Positions 1-7,893 of a stretch of 37,264 nt of DNA are shown piece by piece. The stretch covers positions 1 through 37,264 of the IMG/VR virus record IMGVR_UViG_2778261068_000007; one strand, 5' to 3'. Below the pieces are notes generated by a model. The model was given only the letters and a program-made list of their open reading frames with translations. It did no database searches and had not been told where the DNA came from. Position 1 is the first letter of the stretch. Every line of letters starts with the position of its first letter. The DNA is from a virus. Lineage: Duplodnaviria; Heunggongvirae; Uroviricota; Caudoviricetes. The position numbers and the translations under genes are program-made.

Positions 1-62
1 AGTATCCGTTCAGCTGCAAAGTCATTATGTTGATTTTACGGTGACTATCCAGGAGTGAAAAG

Positions 63-83
63 AAAAAAGGCCGCGAAGCGGCC
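63..83 (-). terminator. Rho-independent terminator closing the leftward int-cargo transcript
   Basis: GGCCGC-gaa-GCGGCC stem at 69-83 preceded on the + strand by A6 (a T-run after the stem when read on the - strand); lies downstream of the 193..747 gene. Confidence 0.45.
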
Positions 84-192
84 ATAAACACAAACAAAAA
101 TCAATAAGTTAGATAATTATCAAAGACTTACAGACACACAAAAACACAGCCAACCACAACAAACAACAGAGATGTGGTCAATTTGTGGATCA

Positions 193-747
193 TCAGCCAA
201 CAAATTTAGCAACAAATACAGCAACCGCCGCCGTGAAAATGGTTGTGCATACTGGCACAATAATGCCACTCCAACGCCACTTCGTATTATCATCAACCTT
301 GTCAAACCGCCGATTCATCTCATCCATAATCTTGTCAAAGCGTTTATCCATCGCTTCGGTAAGCTCACCCTTCAGGCTGTTAATGTCTGATTTGAGCTGC
401 TCTTTCAGGTGAGCTGTATCAGATTTAAGCTCACCTTTCAGATTCGCAATATCGCATTTAAGATCACCTTTCAGATGAGCAATGTCTGCTTTGAGCTCAC
501 CTTTCACCTCACCAACATCAGCTTTGGTTGAGAGGTTTGTAGTGCGTTCAGTAAGCGTCGCAAGGTCGTTTCTTGTTAGCGATAAATCACCTTCGAGTCG
601 CTCAATTCGCCTTTCAAGTTTATCTGACATTCCGCCTCCACTACTGCCGCCATCGCCGCCATGATAAAGCACATCACGCTCAGAATGCGACATACTACCT
701 GCTGAATTACCGAAAAGGTTTCTTGCTGCATTACCCATTTTCACCAT
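193..747 (-). CDS. Coiled-coil protein with tandem 11-residue repeats and a C-terminal transmembrane anchor (possibly XhlA-like)
   Basis: 184-aa ORF: Gly-rich N-terminus, four 11-aa repeats (DIAHLKGDLKC / DIANLKGELKS / DTAHLKEQLKS / DINSLKGELTE), hydrophobic tail WRWSGIIVPVCTTIFTAAVAVFVAKFV. Start uncertain (ATGs at 747, 738, 693). XhlA resemblance is from memory only. Confidence 0.5.
   Translation of the reverse strand: MVKMGNAARNLFGNSAGSMSHSERDVLYHGGDGGSSGGGMSDKLERRIERLEGDLSLTRNDLATLTERTTNLSTKADVGEVKGELKADIAHLKGDLKCDIANLKGELKSDTAHLKEQLKSDINSLKGELTEAMDKRFDKIMDEMNRRFDKVDDNTKWRWSGIIVPVCTTIFTAAVAVFVAKFVG
355..519. repeat. Five 33-bp tandem direct repeats inside the 193..747 gene
   Basis: Units at 355-387, 388-420, 421-453, 454-486, 487-519 share the core aagctcacctttcag; they encode the 11-aa protein repeats on the - strand. 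Confidence 0.7.
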
Positions 748-1231
748 CCTGCGCTTTGTCTTTCTCCAACCACTTCAGCACCGCAGACGTACGGTAAAGG
801 CTCAGGTAACCACAATTCAGGCAATGCAGCGTGTAATAAGTTTTGCGCATATCAGGTATGCTCTTAACATCACCAAAAAAAGTATAAGATACATAATGCT
901 TTATGTTCTCTTTAATTAACTCACTCTGCTCCTCCAAGGGTAGATTGTTAAAATTTTCTGGTTTCTTATTTTTATCCCAACAAAGATCCATACTTTCAGG
1001 AACAGATAATCGCGACGATCCACATGAAGGGCAGACACTGGAGACCCCCTTCTCAGACAAGAAACGGAAGAAGATTTCTGGCGTAATCTCCATCAGCCGC
1101 TCTTTATGTTTTTTGACACGACTCATCGACTTCTTATTGATTTCATCAGCTTCTTCTTTGCATTTATCTTCTATATATTTTGATAGTAAATAGTCATATA
1201 ACTCTTTTTTTGTAGGTTTTTTTATTTCCAT
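731..1231 (-). CDS. Cys-rich putative zinc-ribbon protein, AT-rich cargo gene
   Basis: 166-aa ORF with CPSC ... CLNC pairs; markedly AT-rich versus the flanking phage genes; its start codon lies 2 nt after the int stop and it overlaps the next gene by 17 nt, implying co-transcription with int. Confidence 0.5.
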   Translation of the reverse strand: MEIKKPTKKELYDYLLSKYIEDKCKEEADEINKKSMSRVKKHKERLMEITPEIFFRFLSEKGVSSVCPSCGSSRLSVPESMDLCWDKNKKPENFNNLPLEEQSELIKENIKHYVSYTFFGDVKSIPDMRKTYYTLHCLNCGYLSLYRTSAVLKWLEKDKAQDGENG

Positions 1232-1233
1232 AG

Positions 1234-2211
1234 TTACATTCCTCCCAAGGGATTAAACCTCACCGCATCCTGCAAGTAATCCGGCGCAAGATGGGCATAA
1301 ATCATCGTTGTCTGAATCTTTGCGTGCCCCAGAATTTTCTGGAGCGTCAGAATATTGCCGCCGTTCATCATGAAATGACTGGCGAAGGTGTGGCGCAGCG
1401 CATGAACAGCCTGGCCGTCAGGAACATCAGGTGCGACCGTTTTGATGACATCGCGAACCAATGGATAATCCAGCGTCGGAAACACCAGTTTCCCGCCCCG
1501 TTTTTTGATCTTTTCAAACAAACCTTCGGAGATTGGGACAGTACGGTTTTTACTATTCTTTGTTTTTGAAAAAGTGATTCGACAATGCAGAACGCGACGC
1601 TGCTCCAACGCCACTACCTCGCCCCATCGCGCCCCGGTCGACAAAAGGATTTCGACAGCCAGCCGTTCATCGGGATTTTCAGCTAGTGCATCCAGCAACT
1701 GAATACACTCAGACTTACTCAGATATCCCATTTCGCGCTCGTTAACCTTCATTCCTTTCAGGCCTTGAACGGGATTATCGTTAAGAAAATGGCCGGATGA
1801 GATGAGCGCAGTAAACATCGCGCTTAACGCCCCAATCTCTCGATTAATGGTGCTGGGCTGTATCCCCTGCTCTATCCTGGACACACGTAGCTCGGTGAGC
1901 ATCGTTGTATTAAGTTTATGCACGCACGGGTCATCCATTGCCTCACTCAAGCGCAGCAATTTAAGGCGCGTGTTATGCCCTGACTTCATTAGCTGGCCGT
2001 GGTATTTCCACCACAAGTCAATAAGCACTGACAGCGGACGGCGATCAATGGAGTTTCCTTTCCACTCATTGTTATGCTGTTGCGCCAGCACCCACCGCTC
2101 ATATAAAACTGCATCCGATTTCGTTTTAAATTTTTTACGAATGCGTTTGCCTTTACGCCCCTCCGGGCGCATGTCAAGAAGATACCCTCCCGGAATTGAT
2201 TTTATGCTCAT
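1234..2211 (-). CDS. int: Tyrosine integrase, P2 Int-like
   Basis: C-terminal catalytic region HALRHTFASHFMMNGGNILTLQKILGHAKIQTTMIYAHL; N-terminus MSIKSIPGG..RPEGRKGKRIRKKF matches remembered P2 Int (MAIKKLDDG..RPTGRNGKRIRRKF). Start placed at the internal ATG (2209-2211), not the longer ORF start at 2361. Confidence 0.9.
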   Translation of the reverse strand: MSIKSIPGGYLLDMRPEGRKGKRIRKKFKTKSDAVLYERWVLAQQHNNEWKGNSIDRRPLSVLIDLWWKYHGQLMKSGHNTRLKLLRLSEAMDDPCVHKLNTTMLTELRVSRIEQGIQPSTINREIGALSAMFTALISSGHFLNDNPVQGLKGMKVNEREMGYLSKSECIQLLDALAENPDERLAVEILLSTGARWGEVVALEQRRVLHCRITFSKTKNSKNRTVPISEGLFEKIKKRGGKLVFPTLDYPLVRDVIKTVAPDVPDGQAVHALRHTFASHFMMNGGNILTLQKILGHAKIQTTMIYAHLAPDYLQDAVRFNPLGGM

Positions 2212-2260
2212 TCGTGAAACCCCAGCGTTACAAGACCACCATGCCCCCAGCGTTCCATGA

Positions 2261-2569
2261 TTAGCCGGGCTGTGTGCCAGTCTTGCGGGGTTTTTGAGAA
2301 GGCGATGTGCTTTTTGGCCCATCAGGGGAGAGAGAGGGACTGATCTGCCCAGCAGCCTCATTCGTTTTTCCTGTCATAAGCCAATTCATGTACTTAAAAA
2401 AGCGAGGGTGATTAACAATCTTGATAAGCACTTCCCCCCCTATGTTTTCAATCCGCCCCGTTTCATAACGGCGCAAAGTGCCGATAGGCACATCAATCAG
2501 GCCGCAAAATTCTTCGCGCGTTAAATCCTCTGATTCACGAATCACTCTAATTTTTTCACCGATAAGCAT
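2261..2569 (-). CDS. Immunity repressor, P2 C-like HTH protein
   Basis: About 100 aa with HTH-like LTREEFCGLIDVPIGTLRRYETGR; sits between int and a divergent Cox-like gene as in P2; start placed at ATG 2567-2569 (the track ORF begins at an upstream GTG). Confidence 0.7.
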   Translation of the reverse strand: MLIGEKIRVIRESEDLTREEFCGLIDVPIGTLRRYETGRIENIGGEVLIKIVNHPRFFKYMNWLMTGKTNEAAGQISPSLSPDGPKSTSPSQKPRKTGTQPG

Positions 2570-2581
2570 TGACAGTGTTCC

Positions 2582-2627
2582 TATAAGTACACTAAGCTTG
2601 CGCACAAGGTGTACTTATAAGTACACC
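2582..2627. promoter_or_regulatory. Immunity-switch operator and divergent promoter region
   Basis: Perfect 20-bp palindrome ggtgtacttataagtacacc (2608-2627) plus an upstream copy of the half-site tataagtacac (2582-2592); TTGACA at 2569-2574; lies between the divergent repressor and Cox-like genes. Confidence 0.5.
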
Positions 2628-2665
2628 AAGTCACAAACAACCACAGATAGCGCAGGTTATCACAC

Positions 2666-2944
2666 ATGGCAAAAGTCCTGAACACACACGAACAGGCAGA
2701 CTTTGAGCGTTTAGCAGCGTTCTATCCCTACCGCGATGAGCATGGGTTACCAGTTCTTGAAGAAAGCCTGAAAGATTACGCAAAGCGTACCAACCAAGCT
2801 GTTAACACAGTGAAAAGACAGGCTGACAGAGGTTCAATTCCCATCAACCAAGATGAAAAGAACTCAAGACGCACAGTAAATCTCTTCGCTCTTTTCCTGA
2901 AAACAATCAGGAGCGCAGAGAAATACGTGCAGATGACAAAATAA
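2666..2944 (+). CDS. Cox/Apl-like excisionase-regulator
   Basis: 92-aa protein in the P2 cox position; HTH-like segment YAKRTNQAVNTVKRQADRGSIP resembles the remembered Cox HTH; weak RBS. Confidence 0.5.
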   Translation: MAKVLNTHEQADFERLAAFYPYRDEHGLPVLEESLKDYAKRTNQAVNTVKRQADRGSIPINQDEKNSRRTVNLFALFLKTIRSAEKYVQMTK

Positions 2945-2958
2945 CGAGGTGTAATTTT

Positions 2959-3297
2959 ATGCTGAAGCAACGCCATAATTTTCGTACCGGAACGGAACGC
3001 CACGCTAACCGTTTCGCTACCAGTGCATCACGTAGTAACTCCCGCTACAGCCTGAGCGAGACACACGCAACACCGGATGGTCACCCCGTAAAACAAATTG
3101 GTGAACACACCTGGCTAATTGAGAAAGCTGGAATCGTGGTTCACAGATGCCAACGCAACCCATTTACCGGAAACCGCATTTTTGCTCTGAGCAACGGCGA
3201 CAATCAGTTTGGACAGGATTTCACGTTGTACGAAGCTCTGCGCACGGTTGATCGTCTACTGCGCGGACAGAATTTCATTAAACAGGCTGATTTATAA
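2959..3297 (+). CDS. Hypothetical early protein
   Basis: 112-aa ORF, RBS acgaggtg upstream of ATG 2959; early-operon position. Confidence 0.45.
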   Translation: MLKQRHNFRTGTERHANRFATSASRSNSRYSLSETHATPDGHPVKQIGEHTWLIEKAGIVVHRCQRNPFTGNRIFALSNGDNQFGQDFTLYEALRTVDRLLRGQNFIKQADL

Positions 3298-3307
3298 CAG
3301 GTGCTTT

Positions 3308-3586
3308 ATGACCAAAGACCATGCTCAGGGTGTATTTATCCGCTTTATTGATTTTCGCGGTGAGCTGTTGTTGCGCGCATCAGCTATTGATGGAGTGGTT
3401 CCAGTAGATAAAAGCACGGCCACTTACATTTATCTGAACGGCACACACCTGACCGTAGAGATTCCATATCAACACGTATGCGAAATTATTAGCGAAGCTG
3501 AAAAAGCACGTCAGGTTAATGGCAATAAACCCTATCTCGAAATTATCTGCATGGATTCAGAAGCTGAAATTCAGAAGGCAGATTAA
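3308..3586 (+). CDS. Hypothetical early protein
   Basis: Start placed at internal ATG 3308 (MTKDHAQGV...) just after the upstream stop; the track ORF 3209..3586 overlaps the preceding gene. Confidence 0.45.
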   Translation: MTKDHAQGVFIRFIDFRGELLLRASAIDGVVPVDKSTATYIYLNGTHLTVEIPYQHVCEIISEAEKARQVNGNKPYLEIICMDSEAEIQKAD

Positions 3587-3597
3587 AGGGCGTTGAG

Positions 3598-3840
3598 ATG
3601 GATAAAGAATATAAAACTCTCGTCAATAAAGCACTTGAGCGCTTTTATTTTCGCTTAAGCGCATCAGGCACTCATGCTGAGCTCGCAGCCCGGGAGTCAT
3701 TGACCAGGGCCATCAAGAGTATATACGACACAGCTTTTTACATTGACGACCCGGACGCGCTCGACGAGCTTTCCATACTCGTCTGCGCCGCAGAAAACGG
3801 GGACCATATTGAGCCATATAAACTGGGGAATATTGCATGA
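3598..3840 (+). CDS. Hypothetical early protein
   Basis: 80-aa ORF in the early operon, tightly spaced. Confidence 0.45.
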   Translation: MDKEYKTLVNKALERFYFRLSASGTHAELAARESLTRAIKSIYDTAFYIDDPDALDELSILVCAAENGDHIEPYKLGNIA

Positions 3841-3950
3841 GTATATTTATCTCATGGCTTGTTCTGATTATTTCGGTGGCCTGCGCTATTGGGGTTATGC
3901 GAATTATTAATTCAGTAAAAAAGATTGAACGCTTTTTCACTGAAGAATAA
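3837..3950 (+). CDS. Small hydrophobic peptide (37 aa), possible membrane protein
   Basis: ATG overlaps the upstream stop (ATGA); translation MSIFISWLVLIISVACAIGVMRIINSVKKIERFFTEE; too short for the ORF track. Confidence 0.3.
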   Translation: MSIFISWLVLIISVACAIGVMRIINSVKKIERFFTEE

Positions 3951-4036
3951 CTGCGCAAATAAGACTCCAGGTTAAATAAGAAAATGTGAAAACAATCCGC
4001 ATTCGCGGAGGTATTCGCACACACCAAGGAGGCGTA

Positions 4037-4240
4037 ATGGCAATTAAGCATTTTCCTGTCGTTCGTTTCACCTCCAGAGGACGTGAATACGAAGTTGACG
4101 AACGCCTGATTACCACAATCGACAAACACCGTTCAGAAAAGGATGCACATCACATCTATCTCACTGACGGCACTTACTTCTGCGCCACCAACGTGGTGCA
4201 GGTGAATCTTATCAGACAGGTACAGGAGTCACGCAGATGA
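4037..4240 (+). CDS. Hypothetical early protein
   Basis: RBS aaggagg 4026-4032 then ATG 4037 (MAIKHFPVVRF...); the track ORF begins upstream at 3986. Confidence 0.45.
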   Translation: MAIKHFPVVRFTSRGREYEVDERLITTIDKHRSEKDAHHIYLTDGTYFCATNVVQVNLIRQVQESRR

Positions 4241-4482
4241 CCATTCTGGACTATATCGCCGCCAATCCGGGGTGTAGCGGTGGAGAAATCGCCGCAGCAC
4301 TGAATACCCCAACCACAGCCATTAATGCGGAGCTACGCCGTCCCTGGCGCAGCGGTTCAGTCATAAGAAAAGAACGCAAAACAGGCGGTCGCTTTTCTTA
4401 TCAGGTAAACCCGCTGCCGTTTGGGTGTAGCAACCCACTAACCCAGATGTTCAACCAGCTATTGAGGGAAATCAGAGCATGA
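4237..4482 (+). CDS. Hypothetical small protein, possible DNA-binding
   Basis: 81-aa ORF overlapping the upstream stop (ATGA coupling). Confidence 0.4.
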   Translation: MTILDYIAANPGCSGGEIAAALNTPTTAINAELRRPWRSGSVIRKERKTGGRFSYQVNPLPFGCSNPLTQMFNQLLREIRA

Positions 4483-4623
4483 GCACCTCCTGCTGCCGGA
4501 AACCACGTCGGTCTTCAGCAGCTCATCCGGCAGCAAAACAAACTCCGTTAATTCCTGTTCCGGGCCTTTTCTGCACCTTGCGGCGGGAGGCCTTCGCACA
4601 TCTGCAACAAGAGGATTGCCGCA

Positions 4624-4989
4624 ATGATTCTCGCCGAAGACTTTTTTGATTACCTGCTGAAAACCGAGCGCGATTTTGGTATTCGCGTTCTCGACCGCTA
4701 TGCAATGTATCTGAAATCACTGCCGGAACAGCAGCTCCCGGACGGCCAGATTGTTATTGACGGGCGCTACATGGTTGGTAGCTGCCAGGAGGATTACACA
4801 CTTTTCCGCATCGAAAGCGGCACGCCTTCCGTACTGGGTATTTACCAGCGAACTTCATCTCTGATTGCTGATGTAATTGCTGACAGCATTCGCATAACAC
4901 ACCGCTATGCCAGCACAGAGAGCACCATGCAGGAAATCCAGCGGCTGGCTACCGTCTGCCACAATGTACTGAGCGGCAGGGCGGAGTAG
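4624..4989 (+). CDS. Hypothetical protein upstream of the replication gene
   Basis: 121-aa ORF ending 6 nt before the A start; inverted repeat ctgctgccgg ... ccggcagca lies in the upstream gap. Confidence 0.45.
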   Translation: MILAEDFFDYLLKTERDFGIRVLDRYAMYLKSLPEQQLPDGQIVIDGRYMVGSCQEDYTLFRIESGTPSVLGIYQRTSSLIADVIADSIRITHRYASTESTMQEIQRLATVCHNVLSGRAE

Positions 4990-4994
4990 TCAGC

Positions 4995-7817
4995 GTGGCA
5001 ACGGAGTACATCAGAGACTGGCAACAACCACGCCATGCAGTCGGTCGCGAGGGAACGGGGGAGCCTGTCCGCCCCTCCCTTCTTTCTTCCTGGCTGGATG
5101 CCTACCGGGCAGAGAACGAGCGCCGCCAGGAAATGGCTGATGCGGCGTTCTCCGCTGCACCACTGGGCAATCTGATTAATAAAAGCCTGGACGCACAGGA
5201 AAAACAGGACAAAGCCATCACACTGGCAAGAGAAGCCAGAAAGCAGGCACGCGGTGCGGTGGATGAAGCCATGGCCTCGCTGCGTCTGCTGCCGTCCTAT
5301 CTGCGTGATCCGCTTATCCGCCATCTCTCTTTCCTGCGCAAAAAACAGGAATCTGGCCGCCAGAAAGGCAAAAATAGCTGGCAGGCTGAACGCTACGCGC
5401 GCGGAAACCTGCGCAAAATATTCGAACGTCTGGACTGCACCGACCGTCGCTGGCTGACTCCGGGTTATCGCTCCCTTGCCGGACGTGAACGTCTGGACGA
5501 TTTGCTGTACTTGCCACAGCTCAACAAGCACCAGATACAGACGCTGGCCGTCATGACAGCGGCAATGTTCAGCAGCACCTTCGAAAAACTCTGCGATGAC
5601 TTTGGCGCGACCGACGGCGAGCTGACCATGGATATAACGCTGAAGGCGTATCAGATGCTGGCCCGCATGGCGTTACATCTGCACACGGTGCCGCCGCATT
5701 ATGACGCACTGACAACAGACAAAGACCGGAAGAACGAACCGGACACGGAACTGCTGCCGGGTGCAATCCTCCGCCTGACCTGTGCGGACTGGTGGAAACG
5801 CAAATTGTGGCTTTTACGTTGCGAATGGAGAGAGGAACAACTCCGCGCTGCCTGTCTGGTTTCCAGAAAAACATCGCCCTATCTGAGTCAGGACGCATTA
5901 AGTGAATTTCGCGCACAGCGCGAGAAAACACGCGATTTCCTGAAAAGTTTCATGCTGGAAAATGAAGACGGGTTCACGATTGATCTCGAGACGGTGTATT
6001 ACGCGGGAGTAAGTAACCCGGTCCACCGTAAGGCAGAAATGATGGCCACCATGAAAGGGCTGGAACTTCTGGCCGAAGCCCGTGGCGACAAAGCGGTGTT
6101 TCTGACTGTCACCTGCCCGTCAAAATACCACGCAACAACGGAGAACGGTCATCCGAACCCCAAATGGAACGGGGCCACCATGCGCGACTCCAGCGATTAC
6201 CTGGTTAACACGTTTTTTGCGGCGGTCCGCAAAAAACTGAACCGCGACGGTCTGCGCTGGTATGGCATCCGCACGGTGGAGCCTCACCATGACGGCACCG
6301 TGCACTGGCATATGATGGTCTTTGCACACCCGGACGAGATTGAAACCATCGTGTCCCACGTCTGCGATATTGCCATTCAGGAAGACCGCCACGAGCTGGG
6401 CGATGACATAACTCCGCGTTTTAAGGCGGAGTACGTAGACGGCTCAAAAGGCACGCCAACCAGCTACATCGCCACCTACATCGGAAAGAACCTGGACAGC
6501 CGCGCCGTGGATGGCATCGACCCGAAAACGGGCAAGCCACGCGTTGACCACGAAACCGGAAAATCAATGGCAGAGAGCGTGGAACGCGCCATCGGCTGGG
6601 CGCGCCTTCACCGGGTCCGCCAGTTCCAGTTCTTTGGTATCCCTTCCCGTCAGGTGTGGCGTGAACTGCGTCGCCTTGCCAGCCAGATGGCACGCAACCC
6701 GGAAGGCCCGCAACGGCTGAAGGATGACGCAATGGACGCGGTTCTTGCTGCCGCTGATGCCGGATGTTTTGCCACCTACATAGAGAAACAGGGTGGCGTA
6801 CTTGTTCCACGCAAGGATTACCTGATTCGCACCGCCTACGACCTCGCAGAAGAGCTGAACGATTACGGCGAGCAAAGCGTACAGATTTACGGGATCTGGT
6901 CGCCACAAATCGGGGAATCTTCCCGCGTGTGCACGCACCCGGATAACTGGAAGCTGGTAAGACGTAAACCGGAAGCGGAAGACAGCGCCCGCGAAAATGG
7001 TTTTGACCTTCAGGGCGGCCCTGCCGCCCCTTGGACTCGTGGCAATAACTGTCCCCGTGTACAGGAAACGGACAACAACGGGACAGAACAGCCGGAAGAA
7101 CGGCCAGCACCGTGGCCGCAGCTTCCTGACGGCGTTGAAGTGAATGAATGGATGCGCTCACTGAAACGGCACGAACGCCGGGCGCTGATGCGTTCGCTGC
7201 GTGACAAACAGGCAAAAAACAGCAGTGATGAAATGCAGAGCTGGACACAGAGCCGCAAACAGCAGCGGCCTTTGCCTGATAACCACGAATTACTCGCTAA
7301 AGAATGGCGGGAGTCTGCCGAATCTCTCGGCCTGCATATCGGTGAACAACAGATGCTGCACCTGTTACGGGGCGGCAGTCTGTACGTTGACGGCAGCATC
7401 ATTGCGCCGCAGGGATATGAAATTGTACGTAAACCGGATACCCGACCGGACAGCCGAATCACGCGACTTTGGCAGCGCCTGAGTCGTAATCACAGCGTAA
7501 ACAGCACGGAAATCCGCCATAACCCGGTTTCCAGCTATCTGAAACAGCTCGGGGCATCAGACCCCGAAGCCGCCGCACGCCTGGCATCCACAATTCAGCA
7601 GGACCAGAACACCATGAAAACTCCCGTTACCGTGCTTTCTGACATGCTGCGCGCCATCCGTGACGCAGAGCACGCACAAAGATTCAATGAAACCACTGAA
7701 CGCGTCCGCCGCAAAGCAGATCTGTTGCAGGGTGGACTAACCAGTGAAAACAAAAAACAGACAAAAACGGGATTCACAAATCCCGTAAATGAGCAAAAAA
7801 CGCGCCGCGATATATGA
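4995..7817 (+). CDS. A: Rolling-circle replication initiator, P2 gpA-like
   Basis: 940-aa ORF with HWHMMVFAHPDE (HUH-type motif) and YHATTENGHPNPKWNG...TFFAAVRKKL...GLRWYGIRTVEPHHDGTVHWH; GTG start at 4995 with RBS ggag 8 nt upstream (alternative ATG at 5133); longer than remembered P2 A (about 760 aa). Confidence 0.9.
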   Translation: MATEYIRDWQQPRHAVGREGTGEPVRPSLLSSWLDAYRAENERRQEMADAAFSAAPLGNLINKSLDAQEKQDKAITLAREARKQARGAVDEAMASLRLLPSYLRDPLIRHLSFLRKKQESGRQKGKNSWQAERYARGNLRKIFERLDCTDRRWLTPGYRSLAGRERLDDLLYLPQLNKHQIQTLAVMTAAMFSSTFEKLCDDFGATDGELTMDITLKAYQMLARMALHLHTVPPHYDALTTDKDRKNEPDTELLPGAILRLTCADWWKRKLWLLRCEWREEQLRAACLVSRKTSPYLSQDALSEFRAQREKTRDFLKSFMLENEDGFTIDLETVYYAGVSNPVHRKAEMMATMKGLELLAEARGDKAVFLTVTCPSKYHATTENGHPNPKWNGATMRDSSDYLVNTFFAAVRKKLNRDGLRWYGIRTVEPHHDGTVHWHMMVFAHPDEIETIVSHVCDIAIQEDRHELGDDITPRFKAEYVDGSKGTPTSYIATYIGKNLDSRAVDGIDPKTGKPRVDHETGKSMAESVERAIGWARLHRVRQFQFFGIPSRQVWRELRRLASQMARNPEGPQRLKDDAMDAVLAAADAGCFATYIEKQGGVLVPRKDYLIRTAYDLAEELNDYGEQSVQIYGIWSPQIGESSRVCTHPDNWKLVRRKPEAEDSARENGFDLQGGPAAPWTRGNNCPRVQETDNNGTEQPEERPAPWPQLPDGVEVNEWMRSLKRHERRALMRSLRDKQAKNSSDEMQSWTQSRKQQRPLPDNHELLAKEWRESAESLGLHIGEQQMLHLLRGGSLYVDGSIIAPQGYEIVRKPDTRPDSRITRLWQRLSRNHSVNSTEIRHNPVSSYLKQLGASDPEAAARLASTIQQDQNTMKTPVTVLSDMLRAIRDAEHAQRFNETTERVRRKADLLQGGLTSENKKQTKTGFTNPVNEQKTRRDI

Positions 7818-7865
7818 AGCGCGCACAAAACAGGCAAAAGCGGGATTTAAAAATCCCGTAAACGA
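7762..7865. repeat. Two 31-bp direct repeats, each holding a 7-bp-stem hairpin (cgggatt-N4-aatcccg)
   Basis: caaaaacgggattcacaaatcccgtaaatga (7762-7792) and caaaagcgggatttaaaaatcccgtaaacga (7835-7865) bracket the A stop codon (7815-7817) and a GC-rich near-palindrome cgcgccgcgatatatgaagcgcgc. Confidence 0.6.
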
Positions 7866-7893
7866 TTAATTAATCAACATAAGGAAAATCGAC

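Noticed and set aside
2261-2605. Longer versions of the repressor ORF (GTG at 2605) and the int ORF (start at 2361)
   Set aside because: The upstream extensions overlap the operator or the repressor gene, and the internal ATG of int aligns with the remembered P2 Int N-terminus; the shorter starts were chosen.
5569-7462. Several - strand ORFs of 90-275 aa (5569..5931, 6120..6392, 6421..7248, 7010..7462)
   Set aside because: All antisense to the replication gene A, which carries clear initiator motifs; the antisense products are Arg/Cys/Pro-rich with no recognisable features.
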